This document shows positions 1-7,529 of a DNA stretch of 39,430 nucleotides, in pieces. Within the stretch, counting starts at the first letter, position 1, and every line of letters starts with the position of its first letter. The position numbers and the translations under genes are program-made. Location: the IMG/VR virus record IMGVR_UViG_3300024042_000045, positions 1 through 39,430 of that record; one strand, 5' to 3'. The notes below the pieces were generated by a model, which did not search any database, was not told the DNA's origin, and saw only the letters and a program-made list of their open reading frames with translations. Source of the DNA: a virus (lineage: Duplodnaviria > Caudoviricetes).

Positions 1-1536
1 ATGATCCGGTATGCCGCCGCCCTTGTCGTCTGCCTGCTCCTCGCCCCCGCTGCCTTTGCTGCCGACCGGGCGCTGGTCATCGGCATCGGCAGCTATGCCA
101 ACCTGCCGGAGAAGATGTTCCTGGAAGGGCCGAAGAACGACGTGCCTCTGATCGAGAAGCTCTTGAAGGAAAAGCTCGGCTATCCGGCCGATTCGATCCG
201 CGTGCTGCGCGACCAGGATGCGAGCCGCGCGGCGATCCTCGCCAGCATCGACGAATGGCTCGTCAACGGCACCGAGCCGGGCGACCGCGTCTATTTCTAC
301 TTCTCCGGCCATGGCCTGCAGGTGAAGGACCAGAACGGCGACGAGGAGGACGGGCTGGACGAGGCGCTGTCGACCTACGACATCGCGCCCGGCGACAGCG
401 ACTGGACGAACGTCATCCTCGACGACGAGATCGACGCCATGCTCGCAAGGCTCAAGGACCGCGCGGTCTCCATCGTCATCGACGCCTGCCATTCCGGCAC
501 CATCTCGCGCTCGCTGTCGAGCAATGTGGGCGAGGCGATGGAGAGCGCGCGCTTCCTGCCGCGCCCCCACGCCAAGCCGGCGGACGTGGTGAAGATGCGC
601 GGCCTGCGCGTCGACGTCGCCGTGGTGGACAAGCCGGAGGTCGTCAAGGAGAACGGCGTGGAGGCCTGGAGCGCGGCGTCCTCCTACCAGGTTGCCTGGG
701 ACGATACCCGCCTGCCGCCGGAAGAGCGGCACGGCGTCTTCACGCTCTCCTATGTCAACGGCCACGAGATTTCCGCCGCCGACAGCAACGGCAACGGCAT
801 CGTCTCGAATGCCGAACTGCTGGAATATGTGAAGAAGCAGTCGCAGACCTATTGCGCCGCGCAGAGCGAGTGCCAGGGCCTCGACCCGCAGCTCGAGGTC
901 AACTACGCGCTGCTCGGCGCAAGCGCCGTGGTCCCGGCCGCTGCGAGCGGCGGGCAGGTCCAGCAGTATCAGGAGCAGCAGACGCCCGATTACGGCAAGG
1001 TCGAGGAGGTGAAGGTCGAGAACACGCCGCAGACCGCCTATGTCGCGGCGAACCCGGTGGATGCCGTCAGCGACATCCTCGGCAAGCCGCCGGCCGGCGA
1101 CGTCACGCTCGCCCTGTCCTCCTATACCCTGAAGACGGGCGATGCCTTCCGCATCACGGTGACGAGCAGCATCGGCGGCCAGCTCATCCTCTACGACGTC
1201 GACAAGGACGGCAAGGCGACGCAGATCTTCCCGAACGAGGCGGCGCAGAAGATCACGCCGCTCACGGCCGGCGTTCCGCTCACCATCCCCGACGACTATT
1301 ACGGCTTCGATTTCGAGGCGGACGGCCCGAGCGAAAACGTGCTCGTCGCCATCGTCGTCGCCGACGACGTCAACCTCACCAAGGTCGCCCCCAGCGACTA
1401 TGGCCTGACCAAGGACCTCGACGCCCGCACCACCATCGCCGACATCGCCGGCGCCCTGAAGCAGACCTGGACGCGCGACGTGGAGAACCGCAGCATCAAC
1501 TGGTCGCTGGGACTGCTGAAATACCAGGTCTACTGA
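1..1536 (+). CDS. Secreted caspase-family (peptidase C14) protein with probable C-terminal DUF4384-like domain (host gene)
   Basis: N-terminal signal peptide (MIRYAAALVVCLLLAPAAFA); caspase catalytic motifs FYFSGHG and IDACHSG; Q/P-rich linker, then a beta-rich C-terminal domain (QIFPN...LTIP). Confidence 0.85.
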   Translation: MIRYAAALVVCLLLAPAAFAADRALVIGIGSYANLPEKMFLEGPKNDVPLIEKLLKEKLGYPADSIRVLRDQDASRAAILASIDEWLVNGTEPGDRVYFYFSGHGLQVKDQNGDEEDGLDEALSTYDIAPGDSDWTNVILDDEIDAMLARLKDRAVSIVIDACHSGTISRSLSSNVGEAMESARFLPRPHAKPADVVKMRGLRVDVAVVDKPEVVKENGVEAWSAASSYQVAWDDTRLPPEERHGVFTLSYVNGHEISAADSNGNGIVSNAELLEYVKKQSQTYCAAQSECQGLDPQLEVNYALLGASAVVPAAASGGQVQQYQEQQTPDYGKVEEVKVENTPQTAYVAANPVDAVSDILGKPPAGDVTLALSSYTLKTGDAFRITVTSSIGGQLILYDVDKDGKATQIFPNEAAQKITPLTAGVPLTIPDDYYGFDFEADGPSENVLVAIVVADDVNLTKVAPSDYGLTKDLDARTTIADIAGALKQTWTRDVENRSINWSLGLLKYQVY

Positions 1537-1619
1537 GCAAATCGCCGGCTGCGCCAAACCGAAGGAGAAATAGCGCCGGCAAGCGGCAGCGAAAGCTGTT
1601 TTTCGACGCATTTTCCGGG

Positions 1620-1648
1620 TTGACCCGGCAGAACCTCCTGCATATGTT
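1620..1648 (+). promoter_or_regulatory. Putative sigma70 promoter of tRNA-Lys
   Basis: TTGACC (1620-1625), 17-nt spacer, TATGTT (1643-1648), followed by a GC-rich discriminator upstream of the tRNA. Confidence 0.55.
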
Positions 1649-1683
1649 CCGCGCACTTCCGCGAGGCGCCACGCCCCGCTCGG

Positions 1684-1759
1684 GAGCGCGTAGCTCAGCC
1701 GGTAGAGCAACTGACTTTTAATCAGTAGGTCCAGGGTTCGAATCCCTGCGCGCTCACCA
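1684..1759 (+). tRNA. tRNA-Lys (anticodon TTT); probable prophage integration site
   Basis: 76 nt; acceptor stem GAGCGCG/CGCGCTC, D arm, anticodon arm ACTGA-CTTTTAA-TCAGT, T loop GTTCGAAT, encoded CCA. Confidence 0.97.
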
Positions 1760-1819
1760 CTCGAACCCTCGACCCGCAGGCGCTTCAGGCTTTCCGGTCA
1801 ACCTTAGAAGTGACTGATG

Positions 1820-1866
1820 AAGGTCACAAAAGGTCACACGAAAGTCACACGCTGCAACGGTCACTC
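1820..1866 (+). repeat. Short direct repeats (A-A/C-G/A-GTCAC), probable integrase arm-type sites of attL
   Basis: AAGGTCACAA 1820-1829, AAGGTCACAC 1830-1839, AAAGTCACAC 1841-1850, ACGGTCACTC 1857-1866; 10-11 bp spacing for the first three, about 60 bp from the tRNA 3' end. Confidence 0.6.
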
Positions 1867-1937
1867 GATCTCTCGCCTTTTTCTGGAAGAGTCGGTACTG
1901 TGCGACCGAGAGTAGAAGCGAGCCAGAGGTGTAGAAA

Positions 1938-2213
1938 ATGCGATTTGCGATAATTGCAGCTATCGTCTTCGTGGGAACCGAAGCCAATGCCGCATGCGAG
2001 TTCGTTGATGGTGGCTGCTCGCGCGATGGCCATGGAAATAGTTATCGAACGGAAGAGAATTTCGGCGGCGGCTACAACACCTACCGCAATGGTGTTCTCG
2101 ACTCTCAGACTTCCCAAGGTCTGAATGGCGGATGGACGACGCGAAGCCGGGACGGCGGCACTCTCCGCCGTTATGACTACGACCCTTACGCGGACCAGAA
2201 TCGCGGCTATTGA
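1938..2213 (+). CDS. Small exported protein (moron-like)
   Basis: GAGG RBS; signal-peptide-like N-terminus MRFAIIAAIVFVGTEANA; Cys pair; convergent with the integrase. Confidence 0.6.
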   Translation: MRFAIIAAIVFVGTEANAACEFVDGGCSRDGHGNSYRTEENFGGGYNTYRNGVLDSQTSQGLNGGWTTRSRDGGTLRRYDYDPYADQNRGY

Positions 2214-2215
2214 CT

Positions 2216-3421
2216 TCACACCGCCATATCCGAGTTGCTACCGCTCTCGTACCATTCGACCAGGTTGCCGATCGCGGTCGTTGCCATTTCCGGGTGGAGT
2301 GCCAGGTAGTGTTTCAGGATGATGTGTGCACCCTGCAGGGAGTGGCCGGAGACGGCGCAGATTTGCGGCAACGTGTTCTTGGCAAGCGCCATCCATGTGA
2401 CGCCGGTAGCGCGCAGATCCTTTTCCATGATCGTCGCGCAGCTCGGCATGGTCTTCGCCGCTGCCGCGCGGATTTCGGAGAAGAGGTTGCGATAGGTCCA
2501 ATGGTTCCACGGCGCCCAGGTGCTTTCGTTGAGATGGGCGTAGGGGCTAATGATCTCCTTGATCTTCCGCCGCTCGGCCGCTGCGTCCATCCGGGCCTTG
2601 TAGGGCGCGGCCACCGGGGGATTGACGATCGCCCCGGTCTTGTTCTGGCGCAGGACGAAGCGGCCCTTGCGGAATGCCGATAGCTGCAGGCGGAGGCGAT
2701 CGTACTGGCGCTGGCTGGTCCAGACACCGCAATAGAGCATGTCGGCGAAATCCGGCCGCCGGAACTTCTCGCCCTCTGCCGTCGCAACCAGGTGGTCGAA
2801 TTCCTCGCGGGTGATGAAGCGGGCACGCGCCGCCGGCGCCTGCATGTCGAGATCCCGGGCCGGGTTCATGGTAAGCCCCTTGATACGGCCGGTGCGCAGG
2901 CCCCAGCTGATCGCCATACCGAGGATCGTCAGCGCGCCGCGGGCCGTCGCGAGACCTTTGCTCTTCCACAGGTCTTCATAGAGGCCGTAGCAGATCGACT
3001 GGTCGAGTGCCGAGATCTCCGATGCCCACATGTCCGGATCCCACAGTTCCAGGACGCGGGCCTTCTGCTTGTAGTCCTTGATGGTCGCCGGCGGCCGCGG
3101 CGCGCCGTCCTTGCGCTTCAAAACACGCGGGCTCCTGAACCAGTCCTCGAAAAGCTGCGACATGGGATAGGTCACCGATGGCCGCGAGACCAGCGGCGCA
3201 ATCGACGCAGGGATGGCCGCTGGCGCGGTTTCCGCTTTCATAGCCTCCAGTGCTTGACGGAAGGCGTTGGACCAATCCAGCGCCTCGCCCTGGCTGAACC
3301 AGCGGCCATCGGGGTGTTTAAGGTCGGCAGGCTTGTAGCCTTTGCCGCGGAGGGCAGGCCCAGGCGAGAAGCGCGGGCGGCCGTTTCGCCAGGTGACATG
3401 GCGGATCTTGACGTCGGCCAT
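2216..3421 (-). CDS. int: Tyrosine recombinase / phage integrase
   Basis: Catalytic pattern R (SQRQYD), K (QNKTG), K-D-L-R in place of H-x-x-R, SGH, Y (KHYL); adjacent to tRNA; start overlaps the upstream stop (TAATG). Confidence 0.9.
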   Translation of the reverse strand: MADVKIRHVTWRNGRPRFSPGPALRGKGYKPADLKHPDGRWFSQGEALDWSNAFRQALEAMKAETAPAAIPASIAPLVSRPSVTYPMSQLFEDWFRSPRVLKRKDGAPRPPATIKDYKQKARVLELWDPDMWASEISALDQSICYGLYEDLWKSKGLATARGALTILGMAISWGLRTGRIKGLTMNPARDLDMQAPAARARFITREEFDHLVATAEGEKFRRPDFADMLYCGVWTSQRQYDRLRLQLSAFRKGRFVLRQNKTGAIVNPPVAAPYKARMDAAAERRKIKEIISPYAHLNESTWAPWNHWTYRNLFSEIRAAAAKTMPSCATIMEKDLRATGVTWMALAKNTLPQICAVSGHSLQGAHIILKHYLALHPEMATTAIGNLVEWYESGSNSDMAV

Positions 3422-3732
3422 TACGCACACCCTTTTGCCGGAAAGTGTTTGAGCTCGAATTTCTCGATGAAGTCGTCAAGCTCGTCCTGGATGCAGCCCA
3501 TGCGGCGCATATCGTCCTCGGTCGGCTCCTCTCCGGGATCCATGGCCGACATGATTGAAGCGAACAGGTGCTGCGCACCCGCGAAGAAGGCGTTCCGCAT
3601 TTCTTCTAGCTGCATTGCCGAAGCGTTGTCGGGGACGGCCGCCAGTCGCAGACCGATCCAACCTGCCTCAATTATCTTGCCCTTATCGATGAGCTCGCGC
3701 TCAAGGCGCTGTAGGTGGCTTCGATCAGCCAT
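3421..3732 (-). CDS. Hypothetical phage early protein (103 aa)
   Basis: GGGAGG RBS before ATG 3732; globular composition; overlaps both neighbours. Confidence 0.7.
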   Translation of the reverse strand: MADRSHLQRLERELIDKGKIIEAGWIGLRLAAVPDNASAMQLEEMRNAFFAGAQHLFASIMSAMDPGEEPTEDDMRRMGCIQDELDDFIEKFELKHFPAKGCA

Positions 3733-4273
3733 GGCCGCCTCCCTTTGCTTCTGTGGAGGTGGGACCGGGAAGCGGCGAATGCTTCGGCTTCGCGGCCTGC
3801 TTGGCGCGGATCGCCTCGACCTTCGTCCAGACGCGGGCAAGCTCGGTTTCTCCGGCCTCGTGCATGTCGAGTGCGTTGGCCAGGCAGAGCGCGGCGAGCG
3901 TGACCATGACGCCGCCGGCTTCCTGATGAGGTTCGCCGACCGGCCGGCCGTAGACATAATCTACAAGCTGGTGGGCCTCGCTGGCGGTGCAGCCGCACGC
4001 CTGGACAAGCTCCAGCGCCTCCTCAAGGAAGCGATGGTTTCGCTCTTCACGGTCCCCGGCGATCATGGGGCCGAAGCATTCCATCATCCACGGCTGCACG
4101 CGATCCTGAAATGAGCGCATCTCCGGGCCGGTGAAGAACACCCGGTTCTCGATCTCGATTTCAAAGGTCGGATCGTCGGTCTGGCCTACGCCTTCTTCCC
4201 ACCTCGACCAGTCGGACCAGCCGGCCAGATCACTGATTTTGTGCCGCGTGCGGTGCATCTGGACCCTAAGCAT
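3725..4273 (-). CDS. Putative MazG-like / all-alpha NTP pyrophosphatase-fold protein
   Basis: GGAGG RBS; acidic helix RFLEEALELVQA and a second motif PHQEAGGV resembling the NTP-PPase E-E-x-x-E...E signature. Confidence 0.5.
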   Translation of the reverse strand: MLRVQMHRTRHKISDLAGWSDWSRWEEGVGQTDDPTFEIEIENRVFFTGPEMRSFQDRVQPWMMECFGPMIAGDREERNHRFLEEALELVQACGCTASEAHQLVDYVYGRPVGEPHQEAGGVMVTLAALCLANALDMHEAGETELARVWTKVEAIRAKQAAKPKHSPLPGPTSTEAKGGGHG

Positions 4274-4484
4274 GATCGCCTCCGAAAGCTTCTGTGGGGG
4301 CGCGGCCGATGGCCTGCATACCGGCCTCAGTGGTTTTGCCATCCCGACCGATCCAACCGTTTTGGCGGCAAACTGCATAAGCGCTCGTCCAACCGCCGTG
4401 CTGCGACCGGCCTTGTGGGTGATGGTCCGCGAGGCCGGCAGCGGTTTCGAGGATTTTGCGCTGCGTGATCGTCGGCTTCTTCAT
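4266..4484 (-). CDS. Small hypothetical protein (winged-helix-like), translationally coupled to the RT
   Basis: ATGA overlap with the RT stop; AAGGAG RBS; TITQRKILE...TTEAGMQA pattern. Confidence 0.6.
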   Translation of the reverse strand: MKKPTITQRKILETAAGLADHHPQGRSQHGGWTSAYAVCRQNGWIGRDGKTTEAGMQAIGRAPTEAFGGDHA

Positions 4485-5512
4485 TCCGGCGCTCCTTTCT
4501 GAGTGTTGGTGACGTCGCTGCGCCCGATGCGAGCGTGCGGCACGTCGAGATGTTTGAGAAGATTGCGGCTGTCGGCCCAGCGGGCGTGGCCCGTCCAGGC
4601 GGCAAGAAAACGCTCCAACCTGGCGTGCTCGCCGGCGGCGCGATAGGCCTTGATCTTGCGGCGGGCGCGGATCACGCTGTCACGGCGGAGGAGCTTGTGC
4701 GTCGGCCAGATGCGATAGCCGACGAAGTTCACGCCGCGGCTGACCGACTGGATGCTCCACTTCGAGAACCTGAGGCCGAGCTGTTCGCGCGAGAGCGCTT
4801 CGATCGAGGCGCGGACCTTGCGCAGGTGATCCGGATCGCGGCCGAGGACGACGATATCGTCCATGTAGCGATACCAGTAGCGCTCGCCGAGATCCTGCTG
4901 CAGGTGGCGGTCGACGACACCGGCATAGATGTTCGCGAAGATCTGCGAGGTGAGATTGCCGATGGGCAGGCCGATGCCGGATCGAGGCAGCATCGCCTCG
5001 ATGAGGCGCAGCGTGGCGCGGCACGATATCTTCGCGTCGATCAGCCGCCAGAGGGTGCCGCGCTCGATCGAGTAGAAGTAACGCGAGAAGTCCGTCTTGA
5101 GGGCATAGAGCGGCCCATCGCGATCGAGGCGGCGCATGTCGGCCTGCAGGGTGATTGCAGCGGCGTGGGTGCCCTTGCCGGGACGGCAGGCGAAGCAGCG
5201 CGGCAGGAGCGTGGCGTCGAAGATCGGTGCGATGACGATGGCAACGGCCTGCTGCGCGATGCGATCCTCGAAGGGCAACGCCGAGATCAGTCGCTCCTTC
5301 GGATCGTAGATGCGAAATTGCAGCGATTCTCCCTGTCGGTAGGAGCCGTCAGCCATGGCGGCCGCCAGGTGATGCAGGTTGAGAACCGAGTATTCCTTGT
5401 ACTCGAGATATCCCGGCGTCAGGCGTTTGCCGCGGGCCGTCAGACGCAGGGCCTCGCGCATGTTTGCATCGGCCGTGATCCGGCCGATGAGATTGCGGAA
5501 TTTCTTTGCCAT
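4481..5512 (-). CDS. brt: DGR reverse transcriptase (bRT-like, 343 aa)
   Basis: RT motifs IYDPKERLI, FEDRIAQQA, KTDFSRYF, GLPIGNLTSQIFAN (DGR-type SQ motif), YMDD, NFVGY; GAGGA RBS; adjacent TR and avd. Confidence 0.95.
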   Translation of the reverse strand: MAKKFRNLIGRITADANMREALRLTARGKRLTPGYLEYKEYSVLNLHHLAAAMADGSYRQGESLQFRIYDPKERLISALPFEDRIAQQAVAIVIAPIFDATLLPRCFACRPGKGTHAAAITLQADMRRLDRDGPLYALKTDFSRYFYSIERGTLWRLIDAKISCRATLRLIEAMLPRSGIGLPIGNLTSQIFANIYAGVVDRHLQQDLGERYWYRYMDDIVVLGRDPDHLRKVRASIEALSREQLGLRFSKWSIQSVSRGVNFVGYRIWPTHKLLRRDSVIRARRKIKAYRAAGEHARLERFLAAWTGHARWADSRNLLKHLDVPHARIGRSDVTNTQKGAPE

Positions 5513-5695
5513 GGAGTTCCTCGCGGCGAGACGCCGGCCGCGGGTTTCGACGGCGCGCGCGCCGCTACTCCCCGCTCTGCCGGACCTCGCAGTGTGTTCG
5601 CCGAAGCTGGAAGGTTGGGCCGACCACCCTGGCGCATGAGCGCCGGTGGAATATGGCCGGCGCGGCCGTGACCGTCGCCGAGCCGGAAAGGGGTC
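5513..5695 (-). ncRNA. DGR spacer (Sp) between TR and RT, part of the DGR template RNA
   Basis: Position between TR and brt; contains GGTGGTCGGCC...CCAGCTTCGGCGAACAC, resembling the BPP-1 Sp as I recall it (needs alignment). Confidence 0.65.
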
Positions 5696-5813
5696 GTCGC
5701 AGGCGCCGCGGGCCGAGATGTTCTCGTTCGAGTTGTCAGCGGGGTAATCCAGGTTCGCGTAGCGGGAACCGGCGTTCTCGCCGTTGATCCAGCTGCCGCC
5801 AAAGATGGACGGA
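5696..5813 (-). repeat. DGR template repeat (TR)
   Basis: 118-bp near-copy of 6263-6380; all 11 differences are at TR adenines (minus strand); AAC-rich codons. Confidence 0.97.
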
Positions 5814-5823
5814 CCAAGCAACG

Positions 5824-6195
5824 TCATTGCCCCGACCTCCCGTTGCCCTTCACCTTGTGGATCCACGCTCCGAGCATCGCGCCGGTCTCTGCAAGGTAGC
5901 GTAGCGCCACCTGGTGCTGATGGTGCGAGAGGAGCTTCTTGCCGCAGGCGAAGCGCAACCAGAAACGCAGCGTCGCCAGATGAGCATCCGCTGCATAGAG
6001 CCGCGACGCCTGCTTCGACATCGCCGCCTGGTAGAGCAGGCCGACCGTGTCCATCAGCATCCCGATCATGCTGTCGCGCAGCGCGCCGTGGCGCCGCGGG
6101 AAAGACTGGAGGATGGGATAGAGATAGCTCACGGTGGCCTCGTATTTCTCGACGATCACCAGATCCCTGGAGTTCACATGTTCATTGCGTTGCAT
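5824..6195 (-). CDS. avd: DGR accessory variability determinant (Avd, four-helix bundle)
   Basis: 123 aa; IVEKYE...YLYP...FPRRH...LRFWLRF...ETGAMLGAWI, typical of bAvd; lies between target and TR. Confidence 0.92.
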   Translation of the reverse strand: MQRNEHVNSRDLVIVEKYEATVSYLYPILQSFPRRHGALRDSMIGMLMDTVGLLYQAAMSKQASRLYAADAHLATLRFWLRFACGKKLLSHHQHQVALRYLAETGAMLGAWIHKVKGNGRSGQ

Positions 6196-6225
6196 GGCTG
6201 GCGATCGTCCGGATCAGGAGGGATG

Positions 6226-6245
6226 GCCCGCGCTTTCGCGCGGGC
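6226..6245 (-). promoter_or_regulatory. DGR target-recognition hairpin/cruciform downstream of IMH
   Basis: GCCCGCGC-GAAA-GCGCGGGC, perfect 8-bp stem with GAAA loop, 2 nt after the target stop codon. Confidence 0.9.
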
Positions 6246-6247
6246 GC

Positions 6248-7138
6248 TCAGGCGCCCAGGTGGTCGCAGGCGCCGCGGGCCGAGATGTACCCGTCCGAGT
6301 CGCCAGCGGGGTAATCCAGGCTCGCGCAGCGGGAACCGGCGTCCCCGCCGTAGATCCAGCCGCCGCCAAAGATGGACGGAGCCGGGTCTTCGGGATCGCC
6401 GTCGGTGCCCCAGATCCAGAGATTGCCGGTCGCCTGCATGAGGCCGCAGGCGCTGGTGCGGGCGGCATCGAGGCCGGTGGTCCGGGGGTGGCTGTCGGCC
6501 GACGAGCGTTCCTTGACACCGTAGGCGGCGCTCCGGAATTCGTCATAGGTCGGCAGGCGCTTGCCGTGTTCGGCCATGACGGCGACGGCATCATGGTAGT
6601 TGAGGCGGGCGAGCGAACGTCCGTCGGCGATCGTGACCCCGCAGCGGCTCGTACCGTGGCGCTTGCGGTCGACGCAGAGGAGGAAGACGTCGATCCAGAC
6701 ACGCTTGCCGTCCGCCACCTCGATGCAGGTCATGCCGCGCGGATCGGGGCAAGCCGGGCGATAGCCGAGATCCCACAGCGAGGCGGGGTTGATCGCCGGC
6801 GTATCGTCGCCGCCCTCGCGGCCGGTGGCGTTGCCGCCCAGGGCGTAGTGGAAGCCGCCGAGCCAGCCGGCATCGATCGGGTTCTCCGGGCCGAGGAGGC
6901 TGGCAAAGGGCTTGCCGTCGGCGTCGAGCCGGACGCCGTAGTCCTCGCCGGGAATGAGATCCGGCAGGGTGACGACGGTTTCGGCCGCGAAGCTGAAATC
7001 GGCGCCGTCGACGGTGATGGTGGTGCCGGCGCGCAGGACGAGGACGGCTCCTTCATCCGTATTGTTGACGGTCAGGATCGACGCGTCCTCGTCGGGGCGT
7101 GCGATGGTGGCGGCATGCGTCTTCACTGCGATGTTCAT
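6248..7138 (-). CDS. DGR target protein, Mtd-like (beta-sandwich plus C-type lectin fold), apparently lacking the N-terminal beta-prism
   Basis: GGGAG RBS before ATG 7138; Mtd-like motifs GGFHYA, SLWDL.YRP..PDPRGMT, VTIADG, HGKRLPTYDEF, QATGNLWIWG, C-terminus SARGACDHL; VR at the 3' end. Confidence 0.9.
   Translation of the reverse strand: MNIAVKTHAATIARPDEDASILTVNNTDEGAVLVLRAGTTITVDGADFSFAAETVVTLPDLIPGEDYGVRLDADGKPFASLLGPENPIDAGWLGGFHYALGGNATGREGGDDTPAINPASLWDLGYRPACPDPRGMTCIEVADGKRVWIDVFLLCVDRKRHGTSRCGVTIADGRSLARLNYHDAVAVMAEHGKRLPTYDEFRSAAYGVKERSSADSHPRTTGLDAARTSACGLMQATGNLWIWGTDGDPEDPAPSIFGGGWIYGGDAGSRCASLDYPAGDSDGYISARGACDHLGA
6263..6380 (-). repeat. DGR variable repeat (VR) with GC-rich tract and IMH at its 3' end
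   Basis: Matches TR except 9 A>G and 2 A>T, all non-synonymous; diverges from TR after ...GCGCCTGCGAC (IMH CACCTG.. versus IMH* GACCCC..). Confidence 0.97.
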
Positions 7139-7286
7139 GGGATACTCCCGTTGCTGAGGTTGAAAATGAAGGCCGGCGGCACGCAGCACAAAACCGCCGG
7201 CCTTCGAGGTCCGCCGACCTGGAGGCGGAGGTGGGCGGGCGACCCGAGACCTGGGGACATCCCTCGGGTCGGTCTTGCCGGATCCG

Positions 7287-7529
7287 CTACTGGAGCAGCG
7301 TCCGGCGAAGGCTGGTTAGGACGGGCTCGCCGCGTTCCCGCTCGGTGACGATGCAGGCTGCCTCGACGATGACGGCCGACGATGTCGCCCGCGCAAGCGA
7401 GGCAGCGCGCATGAGGCTGTCGAGCTCGGTGTGATAGTCGCCGAGATCCGCGAGGAGGCGCGTCATGAGCTCGTCACTCTTCATGCTGAGCTGCTCGAGC
7501 TCGGCAAGGATTTCGCGAGTGGTCTTCAT
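7287..7529 (-). CDS. Hypothetical coiled-coil early protein (80 aa)
   Basis: AAGGAG RBS; ATGA overlap with the upstream gene. Confidence 0.65.
   Translation of the reverse strand: MKTTREILAELEQLSMKSDELMTRLLADLGDYHTELDSLMRAASLARATSSAVIVEAACIVTERERGEPVLTSLRRTLLQ

Noticed and set aside
1585-1603. Terminator after the caspase gene (GGCAGC-GAAA-GCTGTT-TTT)
   Set aside because: Short stem relying on G-U pairs; too weak to call with confidence
255-1721. 488-aa alternative-frame ORF
   Set aside because: Arg-rich frame-shift shadow of the caspase gene that runs into the tRNA
4481-5512. RT as a group II intron, retron or defence-associated RT
   Set aside because: The SQ motif, adjacent avd and adenine-specific TR/VR pair identify it as a DGR RT; there is no maturase or endonuclease extension
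7139-7189. Longer start (GTG 7189) restoring an N-terminal domain to the DGR target
   Set aside because: Adds only 17 residues with no beta-prism resemblance and lies inside a hairpin; ATG 7138 has a proper SD
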